DNA of 42,244 nt from Saprolegnia diclina VS20 (lineage: Eukaryota). The position numbers and the translations under genes were made by a program. Below are positions 1 to 12,055 of this stretch, piece by piece; within the stretch, counting starts at the first letter, position 1, and each line of letters opens with the position of its first letter. Where the stretch lies: contig NW_008246097.1 of the NCBI RefSeq assembly GCF_000281045.1, positions 640,490 to 682,733 on the forward strand, given 5' to 3'. The notes under the pieces were generated by a model. That model was given only the letters and a program-made list of their open reading frames with translations, did not search any database and was not told the origin of the DNA.

Positions 1-95
1 CTTGCAGCGCCGCAAGCAACTTGGATTGACGATCGCGCGTCGAGGTTGTAGCATATCGGCGGGTGCTCGAGCGCGTCCAAGCACTGGTAGACCAT
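1..95. repeat. Direct repeat copy 1 (probably truncated by the window edge), identical to 3500-3594
   Basis: CTTGCAGCGCCGCAAG...GCACTGGTAGACCAT matches 3500-3594 base for base; the sequences diverge immediately afterwards. Confidence 0.95.
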
Positions 96-359
96 GTCGA
101 CACATTGACAGCGCATGAGGTCAAACGGACGTGGCAGCTCGACGTGCGACTTTGGCCATGAGCTCACGTCATATGACCTTCGTGTACATGGGTCAATAAT
201 AAATATTATTATTGTTCTTAATCTTTATTAATGACCCATGCGTGTACTACGTCAGTCGTGTCGTTTCGGAAATCTACCGTATATATACGGTCGTAAATAC
301 GAATGCGATGGATAAATACGGTCAGTCGCCGCACTTTGGAAAGGTCGCGAAAAATCAGT

Positions 360-2828
360 ATGACCGCGGTCGACGACGGCTACCAGCGGGCCCTGCAACG
401 CGTGCAGCTGCGCAGTGCGTTCCACCGAACGGGATGGTGTCCGATGCCCAACCTCGTGGTGGCCGGCCGCCCCGTGCTGCTGACGCCGACGAGCACTGGC
501 GGCATGGCACCAGGCGTTGTCGAGGCCCGGAACGTCCAGGTCGACGCGACGTGGGAGGCCAACCTCGAGCACGCTGTGGCTCCTCTTGTGGCCCACGCCA
601 GTGGCGGCTTTAGTATTTCGCTTGCCCACGTCGTTGCCACAGCGCCACATGCGCCGCTACTCACACAGAAGCTCTCGGGCCGTCCCGGCAGCTTCGGCAC
701 GCTTGTCGTGCTCCTCGCCAGCACCGAGCCTGGAACGCAGCGATGGAGCGTCCACTCGCTCGGCAAGACGTTGCAATGGACCGTGCGCCCTTTGCAGTGG
801 TGTGCATTCTTTGGCCATGTCAAGCCGACCGCGCACTGTCTTGGGCGCTGCGTCTGCCTTGTGTACCATCTCATGGCGCCACTGCCTCGCCCGTTACCCA
901 TCGATAACACAGGCGCCATCCAGGAGTTCAAGGTCCTCGCTCAAGGCCACGTCGGCGACGACCCGTGCCTCATGTACGTGTGCGCAGGCGCGGCCTTCTC
1001 GGCCAAGGACGACGAGCTCGTCGAGGTTCTTCTGGACACCCACCAATATGACGTGGCGCGCGCCCACGGCTTCGACACCCCAGATGGCTTCACGCTGACG
1101 CGCGTCACTTGCTACGGACGATTGATTCTGCCGCGAATTCTCCTCGACTGCCTCGAGGGCCGCGTCGTGCGCCGCTGGTTCGGATCCGAGACCTCCCAGC
1201 CGTCGCCAGCTCTTCTCATCGTGTGGCCACGCAAGGCGCGTTTGCGTCTTTTGAGCATCCATAGCGTGCTGGACGCTCTGACGACCACATGCGGCCAGCG
1301 CCAGCTGCAAGCGTGCGCCACGGGCAAATTTGCCCGACAAGTCGACACGCCAAGTCTTCTCGACCGTATCCTGCGCAGCTTCCCCATCACGCCGATGCTG
1401 CACTCGTCGCTCGCACGCATCTTGGTGGCCAACCACTGCAAAACGACGCTGTGTTTATTTCTTGCCAAGCATTTCGTGCCAAGCCACGACGCGGGTGGTC
1501 TCTTGACAGCGATGCTGCGCGTGTACGACGTTTATGGCTGGACCGCGCTTGGCGCGTCCATTCTGGCGATGGTGCAGCGCTGCCACGCGCAGCTCGAGCA
1601 CGTTGTGTCGATGCTGTACGTCCTCTCTCGCCTTTCGGTGCGCCACCTCTTTGGCCACGCCGAGTACTTGAAGGCAGCGTACACGGCGTGCCTCGGCCAC
1701 CTCAAGATGCGTGTCGAGACGCCCTTTCTCGAGGACCCAGCCTCGTTTCTGGCGACCTTTTTGCGGCTCGAGCGCCAGGTCTACCCGCCGCACGTGTCGC
1801 CAGACGATCGCCACACGTGGTTTGCGTATCGCTTGCCGCGCGTCGCCTCGATGCTCATCGAGTCGTTCCAAGTCTGCCCGAATGCGCTCGTCGGCATCCT
1901 CTTGTCCAAGCCAGCGCTATCGCCCGTGCACGTGCTTGTGCCGGTGTTGGCGTCGCTCGACTTTCGACCGGCCAAGCTGCAGCTCGCCGTCCACAGCATG
2001 TATGGCCGCATGGTCGACACGCTGCATCGAGTGGGCAGCTACGCGGCGGCCTCTTTCCTGCACGTTCTCGATGCCGTGGGTCTTCTTGGTATGGAGTCGC
2101 CCCAGCTCTGGACGGACCTCGGTGTCGCCACTGTCCCGGTCCTCGCGACGCTCCTCGGGACATGGGGCCCTCTTCGGGAGGCAGACGTGACAGCTGACAT
2201 GCTGCTCACGGTCGCCAACTACTGCGTCGTTGAGATCCCCTTTCTCAATTGTATGCTCGAAGAGACGACAGCCGTGTGGTCCAACGCCCGCGACCTCTTC
2301 CCTCGCTATCCCAAGGCGACGTACGACGACACTGACGACTTGACACAGCACCTGCTGAAGGACGCTGTGGCGCTGGTGATCGCCAGCGGCGCGGTGCACA
2401 CGTTTGTCACCTCTGTGCATAGCTTCTTGGCCACACGACCCATTGCTTTCCGGTACCTCTCGGGCGTCATTCAGCTGGCTCGGGCACTGTCCATGCATGG
2501 CGCTCTCGGTGTGGGTCGTGCCATCGCAGAGGCCGCACTCACAACGGTCCACGCCGAGGTGGCCGCCTGGACGTGCTTTCTCGAGTGCGCGTGCATCCCA
2601 TGCACCGGTTTGCGCTTCTTCTTGAGCGACGCGCGCGAAGGTGTTTACGATATGGACGACATGGACGCCCCCCACGTCCGCACGTCTCTCTCGCTTTTGC
2701 CTGGCTGCGAGATTTTGCCGCACCACACGCTTCGCGTCGCCAAGGAGAACCACACCGACTACCCTGCGCTGGCCAGCATGATGATCCACGAACTCCGCGC
2801 CAGCGTCTCAAACTTGTCAGACATCTGA
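360..2828 (+). CDS. Intronless ~820-aa protein with a degenerate 2OG-Fe(II) oxygenase-like N-terminal domain and a C-terminal CxCxxC motif
   Basis: Long ORF (track 303-2828; ATG at 360 preferred). GSFGTLVVLLAS, QWCAFFGHV and GRCVCLVYHL resemble the MFGTLVVxLPS / YAAFYADxxHEV / GYRLxLVYNL strands of a fungal/oomycete 2OG-Fe(II) family. CACIPCTGLRFFL resembles that family's C-terminal motif. Recognised by eye. Confidence 0.6.
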   Translation: MTAVDDGYQRALQRVQLRSAFHRTGWCPMPNLVVAGRPVLLTPTSTGGMAPGVVEARNVQVDATWEANLEHAVAPLVAHASGGFSISLAHVVATAPHAPLLTQKLSGRPGSFGTLVVLLASTEPGTQRWSVHSLGKTLQWTVRPLQWCAFFGHVKPTAHCLGRCVCLVYHLMAPLPRPLPIDNTGAIQEFKVLAQGHVGDDPCLMYVCAGAAFSAKDDELVEVLLDTHQYDVARAHGFDTPDGFTLTRVTCYGRLILPRILLDCLEGRVVRRWFGSETSQPSPALLIVWPRKARLRLLSIHSVLDALTTTCGQRQLQACATGKFARQVDTPSLLDRILRSFPITPMLHSSLARILVANHCKTTLCLFLAKHFVPSHDAGGLLTAMLRVYDVYGWTALGASILAMVQRCHAQLEHVVSMLYVLSRLSVRHLFGHAEYLKAAYTACLGHLKMRVETPFLEDPASFLATFLRLERQVYPPHVSPDDRHTWFAYRLPRVASMLIESFQVCPNALVGILLSKPALSPVHVLVPVLASLDFRPAKLQLAVHSMYGRMVDTLHRVGSYAAASFLHVLDAVGLLGMESPQLWTDLGVATVPVLATLLGTWGPLREADVTADMLLTVANYCVVEIPFLNCMLEETTAVWSNARDLFPRYPKATYDDTDDLTQHLLKDAVALVIASGAVHTFVTSVHSFLATRPIAFRYLSGVIQLARALSMHGALGVGRAIAEAALTTVHAEVAAWTCFLECACIPCTGLRFFLSDAREGVYDMDDMDAPHVRTSLSLLPGCEILPHHTLRVAKENHTDYPALASMMIHELRASVSNLSDI

Positions 2829-3499
2829 GCCCATTCCATTTTGCAGATCTGAGTACCAGTAATAACAGCAAGCCGCAAGATTCTACAAGATTTGTTGTGA
2901 GCATACCATAGGAGTCAACATCGTGGCGCGAGCAAGTAGTACTTCCAGGTGCAGGAAGCGGACGTCGAGTTTTTGCAGTCTCGATAGAGTTGACAATTGG
3001 CTGGACAGTCATTTTGTGTTTAGCCTTGTCGACCCTAACCCGCCACGCCGCTGCCAATGGCTCGCGGTCAATCGAATCGTCTATTGCGACACTCGAGCGC
3101 CGTACAAGGTAAAAGACGTGCTCTGGGACTGTGCAACGTCGATTCTGCATCGTGCATTTTACACTTTGACGCCTTTACACGCGAAAAAACCGGCGATTTC
3201 ATTTCTCATTTTGCAGGGGTCCGCACCGCCGCCGGGTCGGGGTAGCCTTCGTGCTACGTCGGGGTGAGGAGATCGCAGCATTCGGCCCACAGGCTCTGCC
3301 ATCCTTACCGACGGCTGTCGCTCGCTTGCGCTGGTTTAGGCGTTTAGGAGCGTAGCACAGTCTAGTCGTGTAGCAAAGTAGCATCGCAGCGCCCATCCAT
3401 CATCGCATTCACTCGTTTGCATGCAACACATACCTCCATGCAGTAGTACTCGTTTCTCGACGACGATGGCGACAACAGCGACTCGTTGCTGCTCGCACC

Positions 3500-3594
3500 C
3501 TTGCAGCGCCGCAAGCAACTTGGATTGACGATCGCGCGTCGAGGTTGTAGCATATCGGCGGGTGCTCGAGCGCGTCCAAGCACTGGTAGACCAT
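3500..3594. repeat. Direct repeat copy 2 (95 bp, identical to 1-95)
   Basis: Exact sequence match to 1-95. Confidence 0.95.
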
Positions 3595-4007
3595 TACCAC
3601 GTCCTCCCTATCTCGGGGCGTACTACATCACGGAGCTGGCCTCTCGCTGCGTTCCAGTCAAGTAGCGACAAAATCGATCACGCGTCGACCGCCCAAGCCG
3701 ACGCTATAGCGCTTAACGACATTTGCCAAAGTATGTGCTCACCATTGCCTTCGTATTCTGGCAAAGACGAATAAGCCGCCAGCGTCGACAAAACTTATTG
3801 CGCCCTTCTTGCAGGGAAATTAGGCAAAGGCGAGAATGGGCTGCCCGCACGTTGTACCGCCTGCCAAGGTACTTGGAAGCTGGCGTTGCAAGCTGCAAGG
3901 TCAAGGTCACCACCGCACACGCGGCTTTTTGTGACGCGGCACGTAGCCTTGGCCAGCATGTAAATCGTCTTGCATACTTCTCCTTCTTCTTCAACGTCCC
4001 GAGATAA

Positions 4008-7000
4008 CTAGGCTCCTGGCCGGCGCTGGAGGACAATGAGTCGGCGGTCCTCGGCACCAATCGCATTCCATAGCTTGCGGGGCGTGCGCATCACGGGCGG
4101 CATCGACGCGTGCGCGTCATGGAAAATCGGCGCCAATGGCGTCGGTGTGTCCTCCGCCACCAAACGCTCGACGGCTTTTCTACACCTGCGAGTGTCAGTG
4201 AACAACTGTGTGCGCAGATAAGAAGACAACGATGTGGTCTTGTGCGCTGGCTTGGCTTGGACGGGCACGCTCGGACGCAAGTGATCTCGCTTGTGCGACA
4301 ACCCTTTGGCGAGCTTCCTACAGAGTCGGTCTTGAGCGTGCAACCTCAGTGCCTCGATCTTTCGTACAAGGTCTTAAACTGCTGGGTGCGAACGTCATAG
4401 TGCCCCAGCGCCGGCAGCAGCGGGTCGTCCGGTGGCGGCTACCATTCATTGCATTTCATATATCCTCTCACATATCCTTGTCTACCTCGAATGCCATGGC
4501 GTCCGCTCTCAATGTGGTCGACGGGGTCGGCGGTTTTACCGGGCGAAGCACGGGTGGGCTGTAGACAAGAACATCTGCCGTCGGTGGCAGCGGTATGGGC
4601 ACTGGACGTCTGTGCCGCGGCGCGTGGCGCGTCACCGATGGAGCCTCGGAGACGGGCGGCGTTGGCGGGCGCTCGTTCACCAGCGCGCATTTCTCGAATG
4701 GATTACGGATGTAAATCGGGTCGTCCTCCGCGTCTTGGTCGCCACCGGCATCGACGGGTTCTTGGTTGGAAGCGGCTTCGTCCGTAGCGAGCTCGTCGTC
4801 GTATTCAGTGTCGAGGGACTCGAGGAGGGCGGCGGTGGACGGCGGCTCGAGCACGCGCGGCAGCGGCAGCTTTGTCGGAAGCACGTCGACCGCCACGAGC
4901 GTAAAGAGCTTCTCTAAAATGCCGACAAAGAGATCGCCCTGGGCGTTGGCAAAGCACATGCACGAGAGCGGCGTCGACATCTGCACTTCCCGCAGCAAGT
5001 TCTTGCTCTGATCCCAGACCTAATATACTCTCAGCTTTGGTACATCTACGAGGTGGAAGAGACAACGACGACCTTGATGCTCATGTCAAAGCTGGTCGTG
5101 GCGCAAAGGTGCAGCTCGTCCGAGCAGTCGGCGGCAATCACCATGGACGAGTGGTTGACTTCGGACGAGATCAGTTTGGGCTACGACCATTTCGATGCTC
5201 AAGAAGACCAATTGGACGGTGTACCTCGGCATAAGCGAAATCGACAAAGTCGACGCGGCCGTCTTCAAAGCCACAGACAATATACTGCGCTGTGGGCGAG
5301 ACGCTCATACACGACGGCACTTCGCCGAGCGTGATCATCGCGAGGCGCGTCATGCGCGGTGCCGTGCGCCAGAGCCCGAGCGTCTTGTCGAGCGCAAAGC
5401 TCACGAGCGTCGCTGTCGATGTACTCGTAAACGCAAGGTGCGTGATCGGTGCCGTGTGGCCGGGTTGCAGCAGCGCTTCGTCCAGTGACGCGTGTATGGA
5501 CGAGCTAAAGAGGAGCTCGCCTTTGTCCGAGCCGCACGCGAGCCAGTGGACACCCATTTCGACTTCGAGCACGGCTTGGGCAAGGTAGTCGGTACGGGAT
5601 TTCTGCACCAGCGCGTTGCGCCGACCGGCGTCCGTGCGCTGCGTGGGCAAGTGGAAGATCGGCGGCGCCAAGACGCAGCAAATCGCCTTCACGATGCGGT
5701 TCTCAATCTCAATGCATCGGACCGGCGTCGTCACGTCGAGCGCCACGTCGTAGACCGCAACGCGATTTTTGAGTAAAATGTACAAAATGTCCACATACGG
5801 GTTGTACGCGATACCAATGACGTCTTGGAGAACCGCTTCGTCCGGCGTCCACGTTGCCGACGGTGTGGTCATGCGCCGCGTCGCATAAATGCGCACCGAC
5901 CGGTCCTGGCACATGCTCACCACGTGGTTCTCGCTCCACACCGAGTGGTCGTCGCCCGGCGTCGTCGGCGGGCCTGGTGTCGTTAACGGTCGAGATACGC
6001 CCGCGGCCATGAGGTGGATTGGGATCTGAGACACCTTGCGCCGCATGGCGGGCGGCCGCGGGTTCGAGGACGGCTTGTGCCGCTGTTTTTTGCCCGGTGC
6101 GAGCGCCCGAAAGAGAATCGCGAGTGGCGACGCCGTCGCACTGTGCTCTTTGAGCGTGTACTTGAGTAATAGCAGGCGCATCGCTTGGCGCGACTGGACC
6201 GCAAAGACGATCGGGTTGGTCTTGGGCACGAGAAAGAGACCCGCGACGGGGGCGTCCATGCGAATTTGGTGAATGTTGCGAAGGAGGTCGAGGTCCCACA
6301 TACGAATGGTGCCATCGAGGGACCTAGTTCATATCGACAATTATGTACAAGCAAAACCCAATGAAAGTTACGAGGAGAAAACACTCTGCGAGACGTCGTC
6401 GAACGCGAGGCCCGTGATGGGCTTGGTGTGGTCCTTGAAGACTGCGAGGGTCGAGCGCGGGTACAAGGTCGCGACGTAAATCGAACCGTCCATGCAGCCG
6501 ACTACGATCGCCTTTTGCTTGTAGACAACAAAGTCGGTGATGGCGCCGTTGACATTCTTCACTAATTTCTTGATCGTCTCCAGGTGCGTGTTGTCGACGA
6601 GGCTGTAGACATGAACGGCGTTGTTGGACAAGAAGTAGACGCGGTCGAGATCAAGCTTCATGCGCTGAACCCACGTCGTGCCCGTCTTCGTAAACGCATC
6701 GCTCGCGGCGACTTGGTATGTTGGGTTGCGCAGCGTCTGGCCCTCGTGCTCGTACCTACGGGTAGCCGTTGGTTCCGGCGAGCCGTCGACGAAGGATACC
6801 CGTCCCAGTCCTTGCCGCGGAGGACCCACGCGCCGCAGCCGTCGACGCCGCCCGTTAGAATGCGCTGGCGAGGCTCATCGAATGCGAGACAGAGAATACT
6901 TGCGCGGTGCGTAAAGACGACCGCGAGTTCGTCCATGTGCTCGTCGTAGAAGCGCAGCGCGCCGTCGAGGCAGCTCGCCACGTACAAGTTGCGCGACGGA

Positions 7001-7244
7001 ATGTACTCGATCGTTTGCACCAAGTTAGTTGTACGCGCCGGCAAGGCCACACTACGTATTTCGCCGTCGCGGTGCCATAGCTTGAGACTGCGTTCGTCTA
7101 CAGCCCGGTCGCCTGAGCCAAATTGAGATACGACGACAGAGTACCAGAGTTCGCAAAGCGGTCAAAGCGGTCGTTGTAGCAGAACGCGTTGATCGTCGAG
7201 CTGTGAATGACTTGGGCCAGCTCCTCGATGACCACGCCTTGCAT
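4008..7244 (-). CDS. Multi-exon WD40-repeat protein, WDR87/WDR97-like; 3' end uncertain
   Basis: Splicing 7 short GT-AG introns joins MQGVVIEELAQ..ERSLKLWH..ASCLDGALRFYD..LTGGVDG..DHTKPITGLAF..SSLDGTIRMWDL..GHTAPITHLAF..FDMSIKVWDQSKNLLREVQM..FANAQGDLFVG. The last motif resembles the WDR87/97 family (by eye). A Pro/acidic tail follows. Confidence 0.8.
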
Positions 7245-7562
7245 CGTATGGACTGGCTAGCAGTTTCGTAACAGGGTGGCGCGACGGGGTAGTAACGCAT
7301 AGAGACACTTATTTCTCGCCGCATCACGCTGCCACGTCATCGCGCCGCCTTGCGAGGGGAAGCTGCCGCCAGTTCAATGCAGTGGCAAATCACAAACTCT
7401 ACACAGCAAAAAGGACGAGGTGGAGTACTAGGGACCATAGCATCGATGAGCAAGAGCCTTTGCATAGTGAGCACAGCGACGGTCTCTAACGGTATATTAA
7501 CGTTTGTAACACTTTGAAAGATCGGCAAACGTTCACGTAAAATCCACCAATGGCATCGCCGC

Positions 7563-9346
7563 ATGCCACTTGCGATCTTTGGCCGTCCGATGCTCATTGC
7601 CGTCGTCTTGGACGTCGTCCACAAGGAAGGCGAGGACAACCTCCTGTACGTGAGCACCAAGTCGGGCTGTGACGCACTCTTGCCGCTGCGCGGCGTCGTG
7701 GCTGCTGCGGCTGGCGCGGCGCGGACACTCTTTCGAGAACGCATTCAAAGCTGCACGTTTGCGCCGGGGGTGTGCGCCGCCTACGTCGACGACGGCGACC
7801 TCCTCTTCGTCCTCTTGCAAGACGGAGACGACGGCTCGATCTCGTGGCTACAAGCTTGCGCGATCAACTGCTACGAGTTTCTACAGAGCGCGTTTGGCCC
7901 GCCCGGCGTCAAGTGCTGCGACTGGACCAAGCAGTCGGCGGCCGTCGACGACGTTGTCACCCAGTGGATTGCCGCCGTCGCGCACGGTGCGGTCTCTCGC
8001 CTTCAACACCAAGACATCGACGTGGGCATAGAACGGGGCATGGTCTGGCGAACATTGTTCCCCCATTCGACGCCGGCGCGCCGCCTGCCGTGGAGCACTC
8101 TCGTACATCGACACCAGCGCATGCAGCCATGTACCACGAGCTTTGTAGATGGAGATACACGGACCGCAGTACCTCAACGTTGCCGAACTGGTCTCGAAAT
8201 TCCTGTCGCACCTCGTACGCATTATGCATGTAACTAGCCAAGCTGTGGGCGTCCGATCGGCGTCCTCCTCTGCTATGCGTATCAGCGTCTACCACGATAT
8301 TTTGCTTGCAGCAACCGCTTCTACTAGGCAGCAGGTCGTGCTCTCGACCTTTGGCGCTGCCACCACGCGACTTCTCCACCAGTGGGCTCTCTTTTACGGT
8401 AGCCTTTCCCACTACGATACGTCTGAGAGAGCGAGCAGTGCGCGCCGGAGCCTGTCATGTCCGACACATCAACGTCCTCGACGACGCCGCGCACGAAGTC
8501 GTGGGTCGCATACTGACGCTGCTCTGTCATGGCGCGGTACACAAAGCGAGTTGTATCTCTTGCTGCATGCTTGGTGGTGCGTAGTGGGCGTTGCTCGTGC
8601 TCGACCCGATCACGGACAACCCTCCGTCGACCGAATTCGACGCAAGCGCAACTACGCACGGTCTTTCGCTCATCTGGCATAGGACCTCCTTGTGCGACTC
8701 GAGACAGCCTTTGGGCATCAGCTCGCGACCGAGGCTCCACTCATCGTCCTGCCGCCGCCGCACGCTAACGCGTACCTGCATGTGCTGCGTTGGAGCAAAG
8801 TGCATTTCCGCTTTCACGAGCAAGCGCCCATGAAAGCTTGCGCATTGGTCGACGCCGCGTGGACTCGCTGCGTTGAGAGCATGCGTGCGCGGTATGCAGT
8901 GGCCGAGGTACGCGTCCGTCGATCCGCGCGCATGGGCTCAGCGGCTGGGTTCAGGACGCTCATCGTATCGCCACGTCTCCGTTCATGGAGCACCCGGAAG
9001 CCCCGCTTGCGGACGACACGGCGTGGATGCTGCATGTCGCAGTGCCCAGCGACGATGGCGAAGACGTTGGCGGCAGCGGGTACGACCGCGGTCTCTTTCC
9101 CCCGAGTAGTTCGCTCTACCGCCCGAGCCCCGTGCTGTCGCAGCGCATCTCGACCCAGGCGCGTCGCCTGCGCGTCAAAACGTCGCAAGACGCGCTGTGG
9201 GTGCGCGCGTATGGGATTCTCGTCGCCTTGCATTGGCTAACATCAAGCCTAGCTTTCACGGGGCCGACCATGATGTCTACGTGTGCTACGACGCGTCGAC
9301 ACCGCACCATGTTCTGGAGGCAGCATGCACCGTCCAAGGCGAGTGA
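7563..9346 (+). CDS. INTU: Inturned-like (INTU/CCZ1/HPS4 family) tri-longin-domain protein without a PDZ domain; multi-exon, internal exon boundaries unresolved
   Basis: N-terminal EDNLLYVS..LLPLRGVVAAA..AAYVDDGDLLFVLL..FLQSAFGP resembles INTU longin-1. The spliced C-terminus ALW|LSRADHDVYVCYDASTPHHVLEAA* resembles the INTU C-terminal YWVVGR..ELYVCFHDS..IEIAF. Confidence 0.55.
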
Positions 9347-9384
9347 CCGGTCGATTGAAAAAAGGATCAAGTTGATAGATAAAA

Positions 9385-10932
9385 CTACAGTGCTAAACTG
9401 GAGATCAGAACCCGAGTCATATCCACAAGAGCGTACCCGGGGCGAGCACAAACTGGCGCGGCGTCTGCGTCGAGATGAGGCCGTCGTTGAGCGCCGGGAT
9501 CTCAAACCGGTTGAGGAAGAGCAGCATCGTGTGGATAAGAAATACGATCGTAGTCCAGAGCGCCGTGTACGAAAAGCCAAACGGAAAGCAGAAAAAGTAG
9601 ACGTGGAACATGCTAAAGTAGAGCAAAAAGAGCGGCGGGAAAAACGTGAGCGAGAGCCACGTGCGCACGCTAGACCAGATCTGGTCACGACCACTCGCAC
9701 ATTTGAAACAAGCGTACCAGACGACCGAGTAGAGTTCGCAGAGCCACGCGAGCGACATGACGATGAACGCGAGGAGCTGGTCTTTGAAAAACTCAAAGAG
9801 GAAAAAGAGCATCCCGACCTAAAATTTGACATTGAGTTTGTTTCTCAATCGTGCGTTTCGAGATGTACCATGATGGGCACAAACACGAGCGACTCGATGA
9901 TGTGGCTGAGCACGAGCTTGGTGTACGGCAGTCGGTGTCGAATGTGCTGCTGCAGCAAGACTAGGTAGTACATGCAGCCATCAGATACTTGCAACGCTTC
10001 CGGAGGACCGACTCGTAAACTTGAGCATCCGTTGCTGCGTCTCGCGCAAAATGAACGAGACGAGCGTCGTCGTGCTGAAGAAGAGGAAGAGCACCGTGCA
10101 AAAGATACCGAGCTTGTACGCGGCCAGCGAATACCACTACTCGACGCGTGAGCATCGTAGCTATTGTCTGGGACGTCGTACCGTCGATGTGGTCGCGCGA
10201 AACTCGCTCGCATAGTTGAGGTTGTATGTGTCTTTTGTGAGCTCGTTGTAGAGGTAGCCCTTCCCGCCGTCCGTGATCTCAATCATGTTGTTGATCAGAA
10301 TCGTGTCGAAGCCAAGGACCTTGTCGAGGAAGAGCATCCACGCGCTTGAAGTGCCCACGTACGGCAGCCCAAAGCACTCGGACGACATCGGTACCGAGAC
10401 GTGCGCGATTTGCAGCGCCGGCATCTCGTCCGGGTACTCGACCATCGTCAAGAGCCCTTTCTGCATTGCATAGACGTACGCGTTGCGTGGCGCTGCCCGC
10501 GGCGCGTTGTCTGTAAACAAGCCCTAGCCAGATGCGTCGACGGTCGTGCGACGAGTTGCATGGACCGTACCGAAAGCGAGAGCCACGATGCTTTGTCAGG
10601 CTCGACTTGTATATGTAGCAGGTGCGGCATCGTGGTGGGCATGAACTGGCGCAGGCAGCCCGCTTGGTCATGGCCGCTACGACTGCCATGAGCGTCATGC
10701 GCATGGCCTCCGCGCGCACCTCATAAACGTGCGGTGGAGGGTTGTCACGAGGCACAGCAGACCCACGGCGAGCACGAAGAGGGTCGTCTCGAGCGCAATG
10801 CGTGTCTATCGCGATGCGCATGAGGCTTGGCGGATCCAAGACGATGCTGCATGAAGCGAGTACCTTGCCGCCGGCGAGGCGCATGAGGATGCGGCTAACC
10901 CGCACGTGCATGCGGAAGAAGATCTGCTCCAT
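9385..10932 (-). CDS. TMEM259: Membralin (TMEM259 family), multi-exon ER membrane protein
   Basis: Motifs LGFDTILINNM, GKGYLYNELTKDTYNL, SHIIESLVFVPIM, LFFLFEFFKDQLLAFIVMSLAWLCELYS and HTMLLFLNRFEIPAL; GT-AG introns separate the segments. Confidence 0.88.
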
Positions 10933-12041
10933 GACGTGGTCGGTACAGCGTGGGGATGGCGGCGGGAGGTAGTCGGGTGCAAGCCTCGCTCCGGCCGCTG
11001 TTTATGTTCTGCGGCCAAATCGAGTTCCATACAAAATGCAAGGTTGGGCATCCGGATTCAAGCGACGTATCCGGATATTCGCCGTCAACAGCGTGATTTT
11101 GGCGGACAGTTGATTTTATTCTGTGGGCGCGTCAACTTCAATGTGACGAGCGCCGTGTCACCTGCTTTGCCCGAGTATCTTAACAACGGCCAATCAGCGA
11201 ACGGATCAACCGGTGATCGTCTCCAGTCCATGAGGCTCAAGAAGCCGACGAAGAAGTCTTGGGCATGCAGGTCTTCTTCGAGCGCGAACAACCCGCGGCA
11301 AGCACGGATGTACAGTGCAGTGGAAGAGTTCCTTCAGGCTGTCGCCACGTTCTTCGCCCAGAAGCTCAACCCACTGACCACTTTGGCGGACAAGCAGAGG
11401 AGATTGAAGGTTGTCACACTGCCGCAAAAAGGAACAAGATCTCACCGACGTCAACGTCGTGTCTTCAACGTCGGCAAAGTACGCGGTCACGTCCGAGCAA
11501 TCAAGGTCCTTCTCGTCCGTGCGCTTGTTCCTTGGACCAGCACGACCTATCCCAATGCGAGCTTCGTCGCTCAGCGCTCTCCGCAGCTCTCATGCATGGC
11601 AAGAAGCGATGGTTCTTGTCGCCTTCTTGTCGTCTTGCGGTTTGCCACCTGGTAGATCCGGGTTTGAGTCGAGAGAGAGCTCCACTACCGCAACACGAAC
11701 TCTAGGCGTCCGAGGAAGGCCCTTTATGATAGCATTGGAACTGCACCAACGCACGCGTACTTTTCTCGCGCCGTCGAGTGCGATGGAATACCAGTGCGCA
11801 GTAACCAATTTCGTGCGAACGACCGATCAGCTCCAGTTGACAGGCGCCTTTGATCCGACCTTGGTCGCTCGACCAGACTGCTTGCCGTCGTCCTTCGCCA
11901 AGTCGTCTGTCGCGATGGGAGCATCGCAAGAGCGTTTGATGTAGCTACATGGTTGGCGAGCCGGCAGCAATGCGCATCGATGGGCGTATCTTGCGTTAAA
12001 TACCGGCTCGTGGGTTTAAGTCCTGGGCTTTCCGGACGACC

Positions 12042-12055
12042 CGATTGGCCAATCG
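12042..12055. promoter_or_regulatory. Palindromic double CCAAT box upstream of KLHDC4
   Basis: CGATTGGCCAATCG is a perfect 14-bp palindrome about 60 bp before the ATG at 12116. Other CCAAT boxes lie at 11190, 16517, 21326 and 30416 (ATTGG at 16483 and 30361), all in upstream regions. Confidence 0.55.

Noticed and set aside
8985..9968. 327-aa + strand ORF as a separate gene
   Set aside because: It is an INTU-like exon read through an intron into the antisense strand of membralin.
11200..11950. Coding-like fragments here and at 30600-31000, 36300-37450 and 39000-40800
   Set aside because: No consistent frame, splice model or recognisable domain; possibly decayed genes, but not supportable without a search.
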